64,000 nucleotides of DNA, taken from NCBI GenBank assembly GCA_964461255.1, contig CAYWTR010000004.1, positions 46,395 through 110,394 of the forward strand, in the 5' to 3' direction. The position numbers and the translations under genes are program-made. The notes under the pieces were generated by a model that was not told where the DNA came from, did not search any database, and saw nothing but the letters and a program-made list of their open reading frames with translations. Source of the DNA: an uncultured Fibrobacteraceae bacterium. GTDB taxonomy: Bacteria; Krumholzibacteriota; Krumholzibacteriia; LZORAL124-64-63. Positions 44,995 through 54,864 of this stretch are shown here, piece after piece (positions within the stretch are counted from its first letter, which is position 1; every line of letters begins with the position of its first letter).

Positions 44995-46947
44995 CCCACA
45001 ACCGAGGTCATGCCGCCGCGGTCGACGGCCGGCTCCGCCGGCGATATCGAAAAGCTGCTGCTGGACGAGAAGCTGGTGTCCGAAGTGCAGCTCGACCGGG
45101 CCCGGCGAATCGCCGCGAAGATGCAGCACCCCAAGCCGTTGGGCGAGATCCTGGTCGAGTTGGGCCAGCTGGCCCGGTCCGAGCACGATCGCATCCTCCA
45201 GCTCCATCGCGCCTCCCTGGACATCGCGGGCATCCTGCACGACTGCGGCGCGCTGTCGGCCGAAGGGTTGGCGGTGTACCGGCGCCTCAAGCATGAGCAG
45301 CGCCACCGCACCGATCGCAGCCTGCTGCTGGACGAGGAGCTGGTGACCGAGGAGCAGTACCTGCGGGCGCTCGGCATCAAGAAGGGCATACCGTACGTCG
45401 AGCCCGAGATCGCCCTGGTCGACGACGAGCTGCTGGCCCGTGCCACATTCAAGTACCTGATCAGCAACAAGGTGCTGCCGGTGCGCGTGGTCGAGGGGAT
45501 GGCCAACGTCATCATGGCCGATCCTCTCAACCTGGTCCTGATCCAGGAACTCGAACGCCTGTTCCAGATGCGGGTCCGCGTGAGCTGCTGCAGCAGCGCG
45601 CGGCTGGCCGAGGCGCTGCGCACCCTGGAGCACCTCAAGGAGAAGGGCGGAAACGTCAGCAGCGCCGCCGCGGCCATCCAGTACCGCGAGATCGAAGATC
45701 TGCCCGCGGGCGAGGATCCGGGGCAGGAGGCGATCCAGATCGTCGACTACCTCATCTGCCGCGCGCTGGAAATGGGGGCCAGCGACTTGCACATCGAGCC
45801 CAAGGCGCGCAAGGTCGGCGTGCGGGTGCGGGTGGACGGGGCCCTGCAGCCGCTGACGGAGCTGCCGGTGGAGCTGGCGCCGCGCATCACCTCGCGCGTG
45901 AAGATCCTGTGCGGTGCCGACATCGCCGAGCGTCGCCTGCACCAGGACGGCCGCATCTTCGTCCGCGTCGACGGCCGCGAGGTGGATCTGCGCGTCTCGA
46001 CCTACGTCTCCATGTTCGGCGAGACGCTGGTGCTGCGGCTGCTCGATCGCAACCGCGGCCTGGTGGCGCTGGACCGCCTCGGCTTCGAGCCGAAGGTGCT
46101 GTCCATCCTGCAGGACGTCGTGCTGCGCGCCTCCAGCGGGCTGGTGCTGGTGACCGGTCCCACGGGCAGCGGCAAGACCACGACGCTGTACTCGTTCATC
46201 GACTCCGTGCTCGCCCCCGATCTGAAGGTTATCACCTGCGAGGATCCCGTCGAGTACGTGCTGGACGATGTCATCCAGTGCACGGTGAACGAGAAGAGCG
46301 GTCCGACCTTCGCCGATTCGCTGCGCGCGATCCTGCGCCAGGATCCGGACATCATCGTGGTGGGCGAGGTGCGCGATCAGAAGAGCGCCAACCTCGCGAT
46401 CGAGGCGGCCCTGACCGGGCACAAGGTCTTCTCGACCTTCCACACCGAGGATGCGGTGAGCGCCGTCATCCGGCTGCTGGAGATGGGGGTCGAGCCGTTC
46501 CTCGTCTCCACGACGCTTTCCTGCGTGGTGGCGCAGCGGCTGATGCGGCGCACCTGCGAGCATTGCCGGCGGCCGGTCGAGATCTCGCGCAAGGACCTGC
46601 GCTTCCTGGGATTGGGACGGCGCGACCTGGGCGGTCTGCAGGTGCTGGAGGGAGCGGGCTGTCCGAAGTGCGGTCACACCGGCTACAAGGGGCGCCTGGG
46701 GGTGCACGAGGCGCTGCTGCCGGACGACGACTTCCGCGACGCCATCCTGCGCCGCGCTCCCGCCAAGGAGCTGCGCGCCCTGGCCAAGGCTCTGCCGACG
46801 TTCTTGACCTTGCAGGAAGACGGTCTGCTCAAGGTGGCGGCCGGTTTGACGTCGCCGGGGGAGGTCGCCGACAACGTGCCCCGGGATATCGGCGTGCGCC
46901 CGCTGCCGGCGCTGCGCGAGATCGCCTCGATGCGCAGCCTCCTGTAA
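44995..46947 (+). CDS. GspE/PilB-family secretion ATPase with two N-terminal MshEN-like (GSPII_E_N) domains
   Basis: Walker A GPTGSGKTTT, Asp box, Walker B and His box. C-terminal tetracysteine CEHCRR...CPKCGHTGYKGR. Two N-terminal RLGxxL-type segments (PLGEILVELGQL; YLRALGIKKGI). ggaggg RBS. Confidence 0.8.
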   Translation, partial: PTTEVMPPRSTAGSAGDIEKLLLDEKLVSEVQLDRARRIAAKMQHPKPLGEILVELGQLARSEHDRILQLHRASLDIAGILHDCGALSAEGLAVYRRLKHEQRHRTDRSLLLDEELVTEEQYLRALGIKKGIPYVEPEIALVDDELLARATFKYLISNKVLPVRVVEGMANVIMADPLNLVLIQELERLFQMRVRVSCCSSARLAEALRTLEHLKEKGGNVSSAAAAIQYREIEDLPAGEDPGQEAIQIVDYLICRALEMGASDLHIEPKARKVGVRVRVDGALQPLTELPVELAPRITSRVKILCGADIAERRLHQDGRIFVRVDGREVDLRVSTYVSMFGETLVLRLLDRNRGLVALDRLGFEPKVLSILQDVVLRASSGLVLVTGPTGSGKTTTLYSFIDSVLAPDLKVITCEDPVEYVLDDVIQCTVNEKSGPTFADSLRAILRQDPDIIVVGEVRDQKSANLAIEAALTGHKVFSTFHTEDAVSAVIRLLEMGVEPFLVSTTLSCVVAQRLMRRTCEHCRRPVEISRKDLRFLGLGRRDLGGLQVLEGAGCPKCGHTGYKGRLGVHEALLPDDDFRDAILRRAPAKELRALAKALPTFLTLQEDGLLKVAAGLTSPGEVADNVPRDIGVRPLPALREIASMRSLL

Positions 46948-46971
46948 CGCAACCAGAGGGGAAGCGAGGGA

Positions 46972-47838
46972 TTGGTCATGACCGGCACCGACAACTTGAC
47001 CGCGACGCCGCTGACAGCCCAGATCCAGGCGATCCTGGACGACGGCGAGGTGATCCTGCCTCCCTTCCCGCGGATCGGCGAGCGCCTGCTGGCCCTGTTG
47101 CGCGATCCGGAAGACGCCGATGTGGCGGCGGTCGCCGATCTGGCGAACAGCGATCCGGCGATCGCGGCCGCGCTGCTCAAGATGGCCAATTCGGCCGCCT
47201 TCGGCGGTCTGAGCCCCATCAAGGATCTGCGGCAGGCGATACCGCGCCTTGGCATGCGGCGCGTCAGCTCCCTGATCACCACGCTGGTGATGAAGGGACA
47301 CTTCAGCGCGACCTCGCGGCGCGGCAGGCGCCTGCAGGAAGCGCTGTGGGATCACGCGGTGGCGACGGCGTTGGCGGCGCGCCGGCTGGCCGACGCCGGC
47401 GGGGGCGATCCCGAAGAGTCCTATCTCGCGGGCTTGCTTCACGATGTCGGCAAGCTGCTCGTCCTGAAGGCCGTCGACCACCTGGAGAGCCGCGAGCCGG
47501 GGCTGGAGCTGACCCCCGAGGTGGAGCAGGAGCTGCTGGCGGTCCTCCATCCCCAGGTCGGGCATCACGTCCTGCGGCAGTGGCGGCTGCCCGAGCCGAT
47601 CTGCCAGGCGGCGCTGCGCCATCATGCCGAGGAGTTGGCTCCCGAGGAGGAGCTGCCCGCGCGCGTCCAGGCCGCCACCGCCCTGGCGCGCAAGCTCACC
47701 GGCGCTCAGCCGGATCCCCGCGCCGTTGCGCTGGACGAGCTCCCGGGCGTCCAGCGGTTGAACATGACCGACATGGAGCTGGCCTGCCTGTTCGTCGACC
47801 TCGAGGACGAGCTGGTCAAGATCCGCCAGCTCCTGTAG
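46972..47838 (+). CDS. HDOD domain protein (signalling-associated HD-related domain)
   Basis: LPPFPRIGERLL...HDVGKLLVLK...HH pattern is characteristic of HDOD. Starts 24 nt after the GspE-like stop. Confidence 0.7.
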   Translation: MVMTGTDNLTATPLTAQIQAILDDGEVILPPFPRIGERLLALLRDPEDADVAAVADLANSDPAIAAALLKMANSAAFGGLSPIKDLRQAIPRLGMRRVSSLITTLVMKGHFSATSRRGRRLQEALWDHAVATALAARRLADAGGGDPEESYLAGLLHDVGKLLVLKAVDHLESREPGLELTPEVEQELLAVLHPQVGHHVLRQWRLPEPICQAALRHHAEELAPEEELPARVQAATALARKLTGAQPDPRAVALDELPGVQRLNMTDMELACLFVDLEDELVKIRQLL

Positions 47839-47924
47839 AGCGAGCGCGGCGGCGGCGGCGATCCCGCCGTTGCCGCGCCTGTCCGCTGCGGTGCCACCGC
47901 TTCGAGCCTACCGCTGCTCCCGGG

Positions 47925-50900
47925 TCATTTCGCCAACAGGACGCTCAGCAGCGCCGAGCCCCCCGCCGCGTCGCGCAGACGGATCAGGTAGACGCCGCTG
48001 GGCGCCGGCCGGCCGCCGGCGTCGTGCCCGTCCCAGGTCACCGCGCCGGCGTTGGCGGCGACCGGCTCGTCGAGCAGCCGGCGGATCAGCCGTCCGCGCA
48101 CATCGTGGACATCGATGCGCAAGGGGCCGGCGCCTCCGGTGCGCCAGTCGATGCGCGTCTGCGGATTGAAGGGATTCGGATGCGCCGCCAGCGCCGGGCC
48201 CGACCTGGCCGGCGGCCCGTCGGCCGCTCCACCGAGCTGGCCGTCGGACCCGACCGCGGTGACGACGTCGCCGGTGTCGAAGGCGATGTCATCGACCCAG
48301 AAGCCGGCGCCGGTCACGCCCGCGTCCGAACCGAAGACCAGTCGGAAGCGCAGGGCCGGCCCTCGCCACGGCGACAGATCGAACACCGCGCCGCGCCACT
48401 CGCCCGTCGCGCCGGACCAGCCGGCGCCGTTGCCCAGGCCGCCCAGGATCTGGTCGCTGTAACCGGTCAGCGGTGTGACCACGGTCCAATCGCCGCCGCT
48501 CTGGACCTGCAGCTGGACGCCGTCGAAGCCCGGTTCGGTGGCGCTCCAGAAGTGGAAGCTCAGATGCAGCCGCGGCGCGGCGCTGAAATCGTAGGCGGGG
48601 CTGGTCAGCTCGCCGTGCTGGTCGTCCAGGTAGTCGCCTTCCATGCCGACGCCCCAGCAGCGCAGCCCGCTGAAAGCGGCCGCCGGCCCGGCGCCGCCGG
48701 ACGGCACGCCGTGGCTCCAGACGGCCGGATCCGAGGATGTGAACCCACCCTCGCCCGCCTCGAAGGTTTCGGCGGCCGCCGGCAGCTCCTGGAAGATCAT
48801 AGGCTGGAGGTCCGGGGGCGAAACGGCGGTCACCTGGCGCACGTCGGCGCCGAAGCCCGGCTTGCCGTCGAAGCGCAGCGTGTAGGTTAGGCCCGCGGGG
48901 GCTCCGGCCAGGGAGAAGTCGCCGCCGGCGCCGCTGGCGGCCGATGCCAGCGGCGTGCCCAGGGGCGCTATCCTCACGCCGCCCAGGCCCGAACCGGCCG
49001 TGTCGTACACGCGGCCGGCCAGCGTCACGGTCGGCAGCGGCGTCAGGACGACGTCGCGGACGGTTGTCGCGCCGCCGCTTATCGCCACCGCTTCCGTCAC
49101 CGAGCCATAGAAGAAGGACGAGAACGCCAGCTGGTAGGCGCCGGGCAGCAGCGCGAAGCCGTAGCCGCCGGCATCGCCGGTCAGGTCGAACGCGCCGGTT
49201 TCCGACACCTCGACGCGCACGTCGCTCAGCGGCTGCAGCGTGCCGGCATCGCGCACGACCCCGGCCACCTGCCCGATGCCCCCGGCGGCCAGGTCCCAGG
49301 CGGCCACCAGATCAGGGCGCGGTCCGATCAGCACCGTGCCGGTGTGGGGGGTGCCCGTCTGGAGCAGGATGTCGCGCGCCAGCCGCGCGTCGAGCGGGAA
49401 GCCGTACGCCGTCTTGACCATCCCCTGCAAGGCCGCCACGGCGCCGACGACGATCGGCGAGGCGCTGGAGGTGCCGTTGAAGGCGTTGGTGTACCACTCG
49501 GTCTCCGGCAGCGGGTCGCCTTGCAGCGCGCCGTAGCCGGTGGTGGTGACGTTGAACCCCCAGCCGTGCAGGTCGACGCGCGTGCCGTTGTTGGTGAACC
49601 AGGCGGCGCCCAGCGACGCACCATTGCTGGCGCCGCACATGATGGCCCCCGAATCGCGCACCTGGCGGTCGAACAGGCCCTGGTAGATGGGATCGTCGAG
49701 GTTCTGCTGGCCGTTGCCGGCGGCCTCGCAGACGATCACGCCCGCCGCCGTCGCGTGCACCATGGCGTCGAAGTTGTCCTGCCAGAATTCCATCGGCACG
49801 TACCCGTACTGCCCGCTGCCGTTGGCGTTGGGGCCCGGCGCGTGCAGCTCGATCAGGATGATGTCGCCCGGCGCCAGCGCCGCGGCCGCGTTGCTGATGG
49901 CATCGGCCACCGACTGGTCGCCTATCGACGAGCCTCCGAATCCGACCTGCGGCGCGATGCCGCGCACGCCCAGCGCGTTGCCCGCCTCGCCGCGCACCAC
50001 GCCCATGACCGCGGTGCCATGGTTGCGCCAGCCCAGGTTGTTGATCGGCGCTCCCAACTCCACGTACGGCAGAGCCAAGTCTTCATGGCTCCAGAGCCAG
50101 GCTCCCTCGACATCGATCACGTTGACGCCCGCCCCCAGCGCGCCGGGCTGGGCGGCCATGGCCAGCGCCCCGACGCCGGTCGGCGCCGGCTCGAGATAGC
50201 CTTGCAGCGAGCTGTAGTCGGGAGTGGAGGAAGCGGGGGCGGCGTCGCCTCCGGGGGCAGCCGCGCCGCGGGCGGCGCCGCCGCGGACAGCTTCGCCGCG
50301 GACAGCTTCGCCCGGAACGTCGCCGGTGAAGGCGTCGAAGCCCAGCATCGCCGGCACGGCCACCGGTTCCAGGAAAGCGTATTCGACCAGCGGATCGGCG
50401 AGCAGCCTCTTGACGATCGCCAGCAGCGACGCGCGGTCGCCGCGGACCGACGGCGACGGCGTCAGCTGCGCCCAGGTGTTCAGGTCGGGCAGGCGGCCGC
50501 CAGTGCGCGCCTCCGCCGCGCGGCGCGCAGCGTCCAGCGCGCCGGCGTCGCGAGAGAAACGGCGGGCGATGACCGCGCCGGGCGCGGCCTGGGCCAGCAG
50601 CAGCTGGATCCGCGCCGGCTCTCCCTTCCCGGGCGAGCGCGACCTGACCCCATCGTCGCCGATGATCACCCCGGCGGCCTCGACGAACTTGACGACGATG
50701 CGCCCCGTCGGCGCCGGCGTCTGCATCTCCAGCAGCACGCTGGGCGGAAGCGCTGCGCCTCCCGCTGCGGCCGCCCGCGCCTGCCCGGCGGCGGCAACGA
50801 CCACAACCAGAAGGGTCAGCAAGAGCGTGGCCAGGCCGGCGCCCCGCCGGCGCCAAGGCGACATGAGGACGAAGTGCCCAGGCCCACGGCGGCGCGGCCG

Positions 50901-50981
50901 CGCGCCGGGCACCGCCAGCTTGCAGCGCGCCCCCGACGGGCGCGGATCGTGTGAACGTGCGGGGGAGGCTAGGGTGGTCAT
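47925..50981 (-). CDS. Secreted S8 (subtilisin-like) serine peptidase with C-terminal T9SS-type sorting domain
   Basis: His (GHGTAVMGVV) and Ser (GTSSASPIVVGAVAAL) motifs. The C-terminus (HPNPFNPQTRIDW...GVYLIRL) is a T9SS CTD. aaggag RBS at the 50981 start. Confidence 0.75.
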   Translation of the reverse strand: MTTLASPARSHDPRPSGARCKLAVPGARPRRRGPGHFVLMSPWRRRGAGLATLLLTLLVVVVAAAGQARAAAAGGAALPPSVLLEMQTPAPTGRIVVKFVEAAGVIIGDDGVRSRSPGKGEPARIQLLLAQAAPGAVIARRFSRDAGALDAARRAAEARTGGRLPDLNTWAQLTPSPSVRGDRASLLAIVKRLLADPLVEYAFLEPVAVPAMLGFDAFTGDVPGEAVRGEAVRGGAARGAAAPGGDAAPASSTPDYSSLQGYLEPAPTGVGALAMAAQPGALGAGVNVIDVEGAWLWSHEDLALPYVELGAPINNLGWRNHGTAVMGVVRGEAGNALGVRGIAPQVGFGGSSIGDQSVADAISNAAAALAPGDIILIELHAPGPNANGSGQYGYVPMEFWQDNFDAMVHATAAGVIVCEAAGNGQQNLDDPIYQGLFDRQVRDSGAIMCGASNGASLGAAWFTNNGTRVDLHGWGFNVTTTGYGALQGDPLPETEWYTNAFNGTSSASPIVVGAVAALQGMVKTAYGFPLDARLARDILLQTGTPHTGTVLIGPRPDLVAAWDLAAGGIGQVAGVVRDAGTLQPLSDVRVEVSETGAFDLTGDAGGYGFALLPGAYQLAFSSFFYGSVTEAVAISGGATTVRDVVLTPLPTVTLAGRVYDTAGSGLGGVRIAPLGTPLASAASGAGGDFSLAGAPAGLTYTLRFDGKPGFGADVRQVTAVSPPDLQPMIFQELPAAAETFEAGEGGFTSSDPAVWSHGVPSGGAGPAAAFSGLRCWGVGMEGDYLDDQHGELTSPAYDFSAAPRLHLSFHFWSATEPGFDGVQLQVQSGGDWTVVTPLTGYSDQILGGLGNGAGWSGATGEWRGAVFDLSPWRGPALRFRLVFGSDAGVTGAGFWVDDIAFDTGDVVTAVGSDGQLGGAADGPPARSGPALAAHPNPFNPQTRIDWRTGGAGPLRIDVHDVRGRLIRRLLDEPVAANAGAVTWDGHDAGGRPAPSGVYLIRLRDAAGGSALLSVLLAK

Positions 50982-51259
50982 TCAGCGGCTCCTTGCATTC
51001 ATCACGGCATTGATCATGCCATCCTTCACGACCCGGCCGCGTGCCCGCCAATGTCCTGGCGGCCAGCGATCGGGGGCCGGCGACCGGAGACCGGCTCGCT
51101 GCGGCCGGCTCGCTGCGGCCGACGCGCTCCGGATTGCGGGGTGCGCCGCCAGGCCTGGTCTGCTATTAATTCTAAGGCCTAATATCGGTGCGATGCCGGC
51201 TTTCTTCACCTGGGCCGGGCCATCGGCCGGTCGGCGGAATCGGTGCCGGGAGGGTCCGC

Positions 51260-52099
51260 ATGAAACGGATGCGCGGGATCAAGATCGGAATGTCCATGTC
51301 GATGCTGGCTCTTACCGTGATGGGGGCGGCCGCCGCGGCGGTGACCACAACGCCCGGAACTCCGGGAGAGCCCGTGCTCGAGAGCCCCACGCAACTGCTC
51401 GCGGCGACCGCCGCTGACCCGCCCGCGGCCCCGCCCGCGGCCCCAACGGCCGCGGCTGTCGCGCCGCCGTCGGCCGCGCCTGCCTCGCCGGCAGCGCCGG
51501 CCGCGCCAGCCGCGCCCGCCTCGCCGGCTCCTCCGGACGCGTCGCCTGCGGCCGCGCCCGCCTCGCCGGCTCCGCCGGACGGGGCGCTGTACGCCGTGCA
51601 CGAATCCGAGCGAGGCCCCGTGCTGCTCGGCGAGGTTGTGCGCGCCGACCTCATCAGGCATTTCCCGGGCTGGGCCGACACCGCGTCCGCCTATGTTCCC
51701 GATCTGGAGGCCGTGGCGGTGTTGGCGGCCGTCGACCGCGACGTCACGGTCACCTGCGTGCTCGGCACCTGGTGCTCTGATTCGCGCCGCGAGGTGCCGC
51801 GCTTCTGGAAGGTGCTCGATCTGGCGGCCAATCCCCGGCTGAGCCTGCGCATGCTCGCCGTTGGCCGTCGCGACGACGATGCGGCCCAGGCGCGTCTGGT
51901 CCAGCTGGGATTCGACGCCGACATCCGCGGCCAGTATGGGGTCGAGTATGTGCCGACCTTCATCTTCAGCGAGACCGGCGATGGATCCGAACTCGGACGC
52001 ATCATCGAAAGCCCCGCTGCGACGCTCGAGCGCGACGCCGCCGCGATTCTCTTGGTGCCCGCCGCGCCGGATCACGCGCCGGCGCAGGGCTGGCGCTAG
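51260..52099 (+). CDS. Secreted thioredoxin-fold protein with Pro/Ala-rich linker, hypothetical
   Basis: Signal peptide and PA-rich low-complexity region. The C-terminal region with a WC motif (VTCVLGTWCSDSRRE) suggests a thioredoxin-like fold. The assignment is tentative. Confidence 0.4.
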   Translation: MKRMRGIKIGMSMSMLALTVMGAAAAAVTTTPGTPGEPVLESPTQLLAATAADPPAAPPAAPTAAAVAPPSAAPASPAAPAAPAAPASPAPPDASPAAAPASPAPPDGALYAVHESERGPVLLGEVVRADLIRHFPGWADTASAYVPDLEAVAVLAAVDRDVTVTCVLGTWCSDSRREVPRFWKVLDLAANPRLSLRMLAVGRRDDDAAQARLVQLGFDADIRGQYGVEYVPTFIFSETGDGSELGRIIESPAATLERDAAAILLVPAAPDHAPAQGWR

Positions 52100-52159
52100 C
52101 CGCCCGAGACGGTTCGCCCGGCGATGACATCCGCACGCCTGAAGCCCGAAAGGACGATC

Positions 52160-53947
52160 ATGGAAACACGCGCGAAGCTCTCGGCGCTGAGGGCGCTGAT
52201 GAAGAAGGATGGACTGGACGCCTGCTACGTGCCGAGCACCGACCCGCATCAGAGCGAGTACGTGCCGCCCCTGTGGCAGCGCCGCGCCTGGCTGAGCGGT
52301 TTCACCGGTTCGGCCGGCGACCTGGTTGTGACACGGCGCAAGGCGGGGCTCTGGACCGACTCGCGCTACTTCCTGCAGGCCGAGGCGCAGCTGGCTGGCT
52401 CGGGCATCGAGTTGATGAAGCTGGGCGTGCCAGGCACTCCGGCGTTGACCTCGTGGGTGGCGCGGCAGCTGGGCGCGGGCGGCGTCTTCGGCGTGGACGC
52501 CCGGCTGCTGTCGCTGGCCGAGGCGGACGCCCTGGCCGGGGCCCTGGGCGAGGCCGGCGTCGAGGTTCGCTACCTCGACCGCAACCTGGTCGACGCCATC
52601 TGGCGCGACCGGCCCGCGCCGCGCACCGATCCGATCCGGCCGCACAGCAGGCTGTTCGCCGGCGAGACGACGGCGCACAAGCTGCAGCGGCTGCGGCTGG
52701 CGATGAAGGAGCTGGGCGCCCGTGCGCACGTGCTGGCGGCCCTGGACGCCATCGCCTGGCTGCTGAACATCCGCGGGCGCGACGTAGACTTCAATCCGGT
52801 TGTGATCGCCTACGCCATCGTCACCGAGCGCGACGCGGCGCTGTACGTCGATCCCCGCAAAGTCGGCGCGGCGGCCTTGAAGGCGCTGGCCGGCGAGGTC
52901 AAGGTCTTCGACTACGACGCCTTCGGGGCGGCGCTGCGCGAGCTCGGCCGGCGCAAGTTGCCGGTGCTGCTCGACCCCCAGACCACCAATCGCTGGGTGG
53001 CGGACCGCCTGGGCCGCGCGCCGATCGTGCGCGCCGCCTCGCCGGTGGCGGCGTTCAAGGCGGCCAAGAACCGCGTGCAGATGAAGGGCTTCGTCGATTG
53101 CCACGTCCGCGACGGCGTCGCGATGGTGAAGTTCCTGAAATGGCTGCAGGCGGCCGTGCCCAAGGGAGGCGTGACCGAGCTGTCCGCCGCCGAGCGCCTG
53201 GCGGAGCTGCGCGCCGAGGGCGCCCACTATCAAGGCCCCAGCTTCAACACCATCAGCGCTTACGGCGCCCACGGGGCCATCGTGCACTATGCCGCAGACG
53301 CGCGCAGCAACGCCAAGCTGCGCCCGCGTGGCCTCTATCTGATCGACTCGGGCGGTCTCTACCTGGACGGCACCACGGACATCACCCGCACCGTCGCCCT
53401 CGGACCGCCGACCGCCAGGCAGAAGGAGGCATTCACGAGGGTGCTGCAGGGCAACATCAACCTCAGCCGCACCCCGTTCCCCGCCGGCACGTCAGGCCAA
53501 AGGCTGGAGATGTTCGCGCGCCAGCCCCTGTTCCTGGCGGGCATGAACTACGGCCACGGCACCGGCCACGGCGTGGGTCACTACCTCAGCGTTCACGAAG
53601 GACCGATGGGCCTGACGCCCAAGGACGTGCGCAACGTTCCGCTGCAGCCGGGCAACCTGCTGTCGATCGAACCGGGCTACTACAGGGCGGGCGCTTACGG
53701 CATCCGCATCGAGAACCTCGGTTTCGTGATCCGCGACGACAAGCTCAGCGGCCCCGACGGCGACTGGTACCGCTGGCTCATCATCACGATGTGCCCGATC
53801 GAGCGGCGGCTGATCGACCGCCGGCTGCTGTCGCAGGATGAGCGCGACTGGCTCAACGCCTATCATCTGCGCGTTCTGCGCACGCTGGCGCCGCACCTGG
53901 ACGCCGCGCACCGCGCCTGGCTGGCCGCCGCCACGCGCCCGCTCTGA
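52160..53947 (+). CDS. pepP: Xaa-Pro aminopeptidase (M24B, aminopeptidase P)
   Basis: Creatinase-like N-domains plus M24 pita-bread domain with HGTGHGVGHYLSVHEGP and metal-ligand spacing. aaagga RBS. Confidence 0.8.
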   Translation: METRAKLSALRALMKKDGLDACYVPSTDPHQSEYVPPLWQRRAWLSGFTGSAGDLVVTRRKAGLWTDSRYFLQAEAQLAGSGIELMKLGVPGTPALTSWVARQLGAGGVFGVDARLLSLAEADALAGALGEAGVEVRYLDRNLVDAIWRDRPAPRTDPIRPHSRLFAGETTAHKLQRLRLAMKELGARAHVLAALDAIAWLLNIRGRDVDFNPVVIAYAIVTERDAALYVDPRKVGAAALKALAGEVKVFDYDAFGAALRELGRRKLPVLLDPQTTNRWVADRLGRAPIVRAASPVAAFKAAKNRVQMKGFVDCHVRDGVAMVKFLKWLQAAVPKGGVTELSAAERLAELRAEGAHYQGPSFNTISAYGAHGAIVHYAADARSNAKLRPRGLYLIDSGGLYLDGTTDITRTVALGPPTARQKEAFTRVLQGNINLSRTPFPAGTSGQRLEMFARQPLFLAGMNYGHGTGHGVGHYLSVHEGPMGLTPKDVRNVPLQPGNLLSIEPGYYRAGAYGIRIENLGFVIRDDKLSGPDGDWYRWLIITMCPIERRLIDRRLLSQDERDWLNAYHLRVLRTLAPHLDAAHRAWLAAATRPL

Positions 53948-53952
53948 CGGCG

Positions 53953-54864
53953 ATGATCAGTTCGCACCTGGGCGAGGTCTTCGCGGTCGCCACCTCCTTG
54001 ACCTGGGCCTGGGGATCGATGCTGTTCACGGCCGCCGGCCGCCGCGCCGGCGCGGCGGCCGTGAACTTCGCCCGCCTGCCGCTCGCGGTTCTGCTGCTGG
54101 GCCTGACGCACCTGGCGCTGCACGGACGCCTCTGGCCCGCCGAGGCGCACGGCGCTCCGCATCTCTGGTTGATCGCCAGCGGGGTCGTCGGCCTGACGGT
54201 GGGCGACTCGTTCCTGTTCCACGCCTTCGCAACCGTCGGCCCCCGCCGCGCGATGCTGATGTACTCGACCGCGCCGCTCTTCACCGCGGTGACGGCCTGG
54301 TTTCTGCTGGGCGAGCATCTGGGGCCGGCCGCCCTGGCCGGCATGGGGCTGATCCTGGCCGGTGTCGGGTTGGCCAACGCGCGCCGCGACCCGGGCGGCG
54401 GGCCCTTCCGCGACCTGCCGCGCGCGCTGTACCGTCGCGGCATGGTCGCTGGTCTGCTCGGCGGCGCCTGTCAGGGCGTGGGGGCCACCTTCGCCAAGCT
54501 GGGCATGGTCGCCATGGCGCCGCTGCCGGCCACGTTGGTGAGGATGACCTGGGCGGCGGCGGCCATGACGGCCGCCGCGCTGCTGAGCGCGCGCGCCGCC
54601 GGCCTGGTCCGCCGGTTCCAGGCAGACCGCCGCGCGCTGGCGGCACTGCTCGGCGCCGTCGTGCTTGGCCCTTACCTGGGCGTCTGGATGTCGCTCGCCG
54701 CCTTCCGGCACGCCGACACCGGCGTCGCCATGGCCCTGATCGGCACCGTGCCGATCACGGTCCTGCTTCCTTCATGGATCGTCTATCGCGACCGTCCCTC
54801 CTCCGCGAGCCTGCTGGGCGCCCTGGTCGCGGTGGCGGGGGGCGCCGTGCTCTTTCTGCGCTGA
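53953..54864 (+). CDS. EamA/DMT-superfamily transporter
   Basis: Ten TM helices with two EamA repeats. Composition and length (303 aa) are typical. Confidence 0.7.
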   Translation: MISSHLGEVFAVATSLTWAWGSMLFTAAGRRAGAAAVNFARLPLAVLLLGLTHLALHGRLWPAEAHGAPHLWLIASGVVGLTVGDSFLFHAFATVGPRRAMLMYSTAPLFTAVTAWFLLGEHLGPAALAGMGLILAGVGLANARRDPGGGPFRDLPRALYRRGMVAGLLGGACQGVGATFAKLGMVAMAPLPATLVRMTWAAAAMTAAALLSARAAGLVRRFQADRRALAALLGAVVLGPYLGVWMSLAAFRHADTGVAMALIGTVPITVLLPSWIVYRDRPSSASLLGALVAVAGGAVLFLR

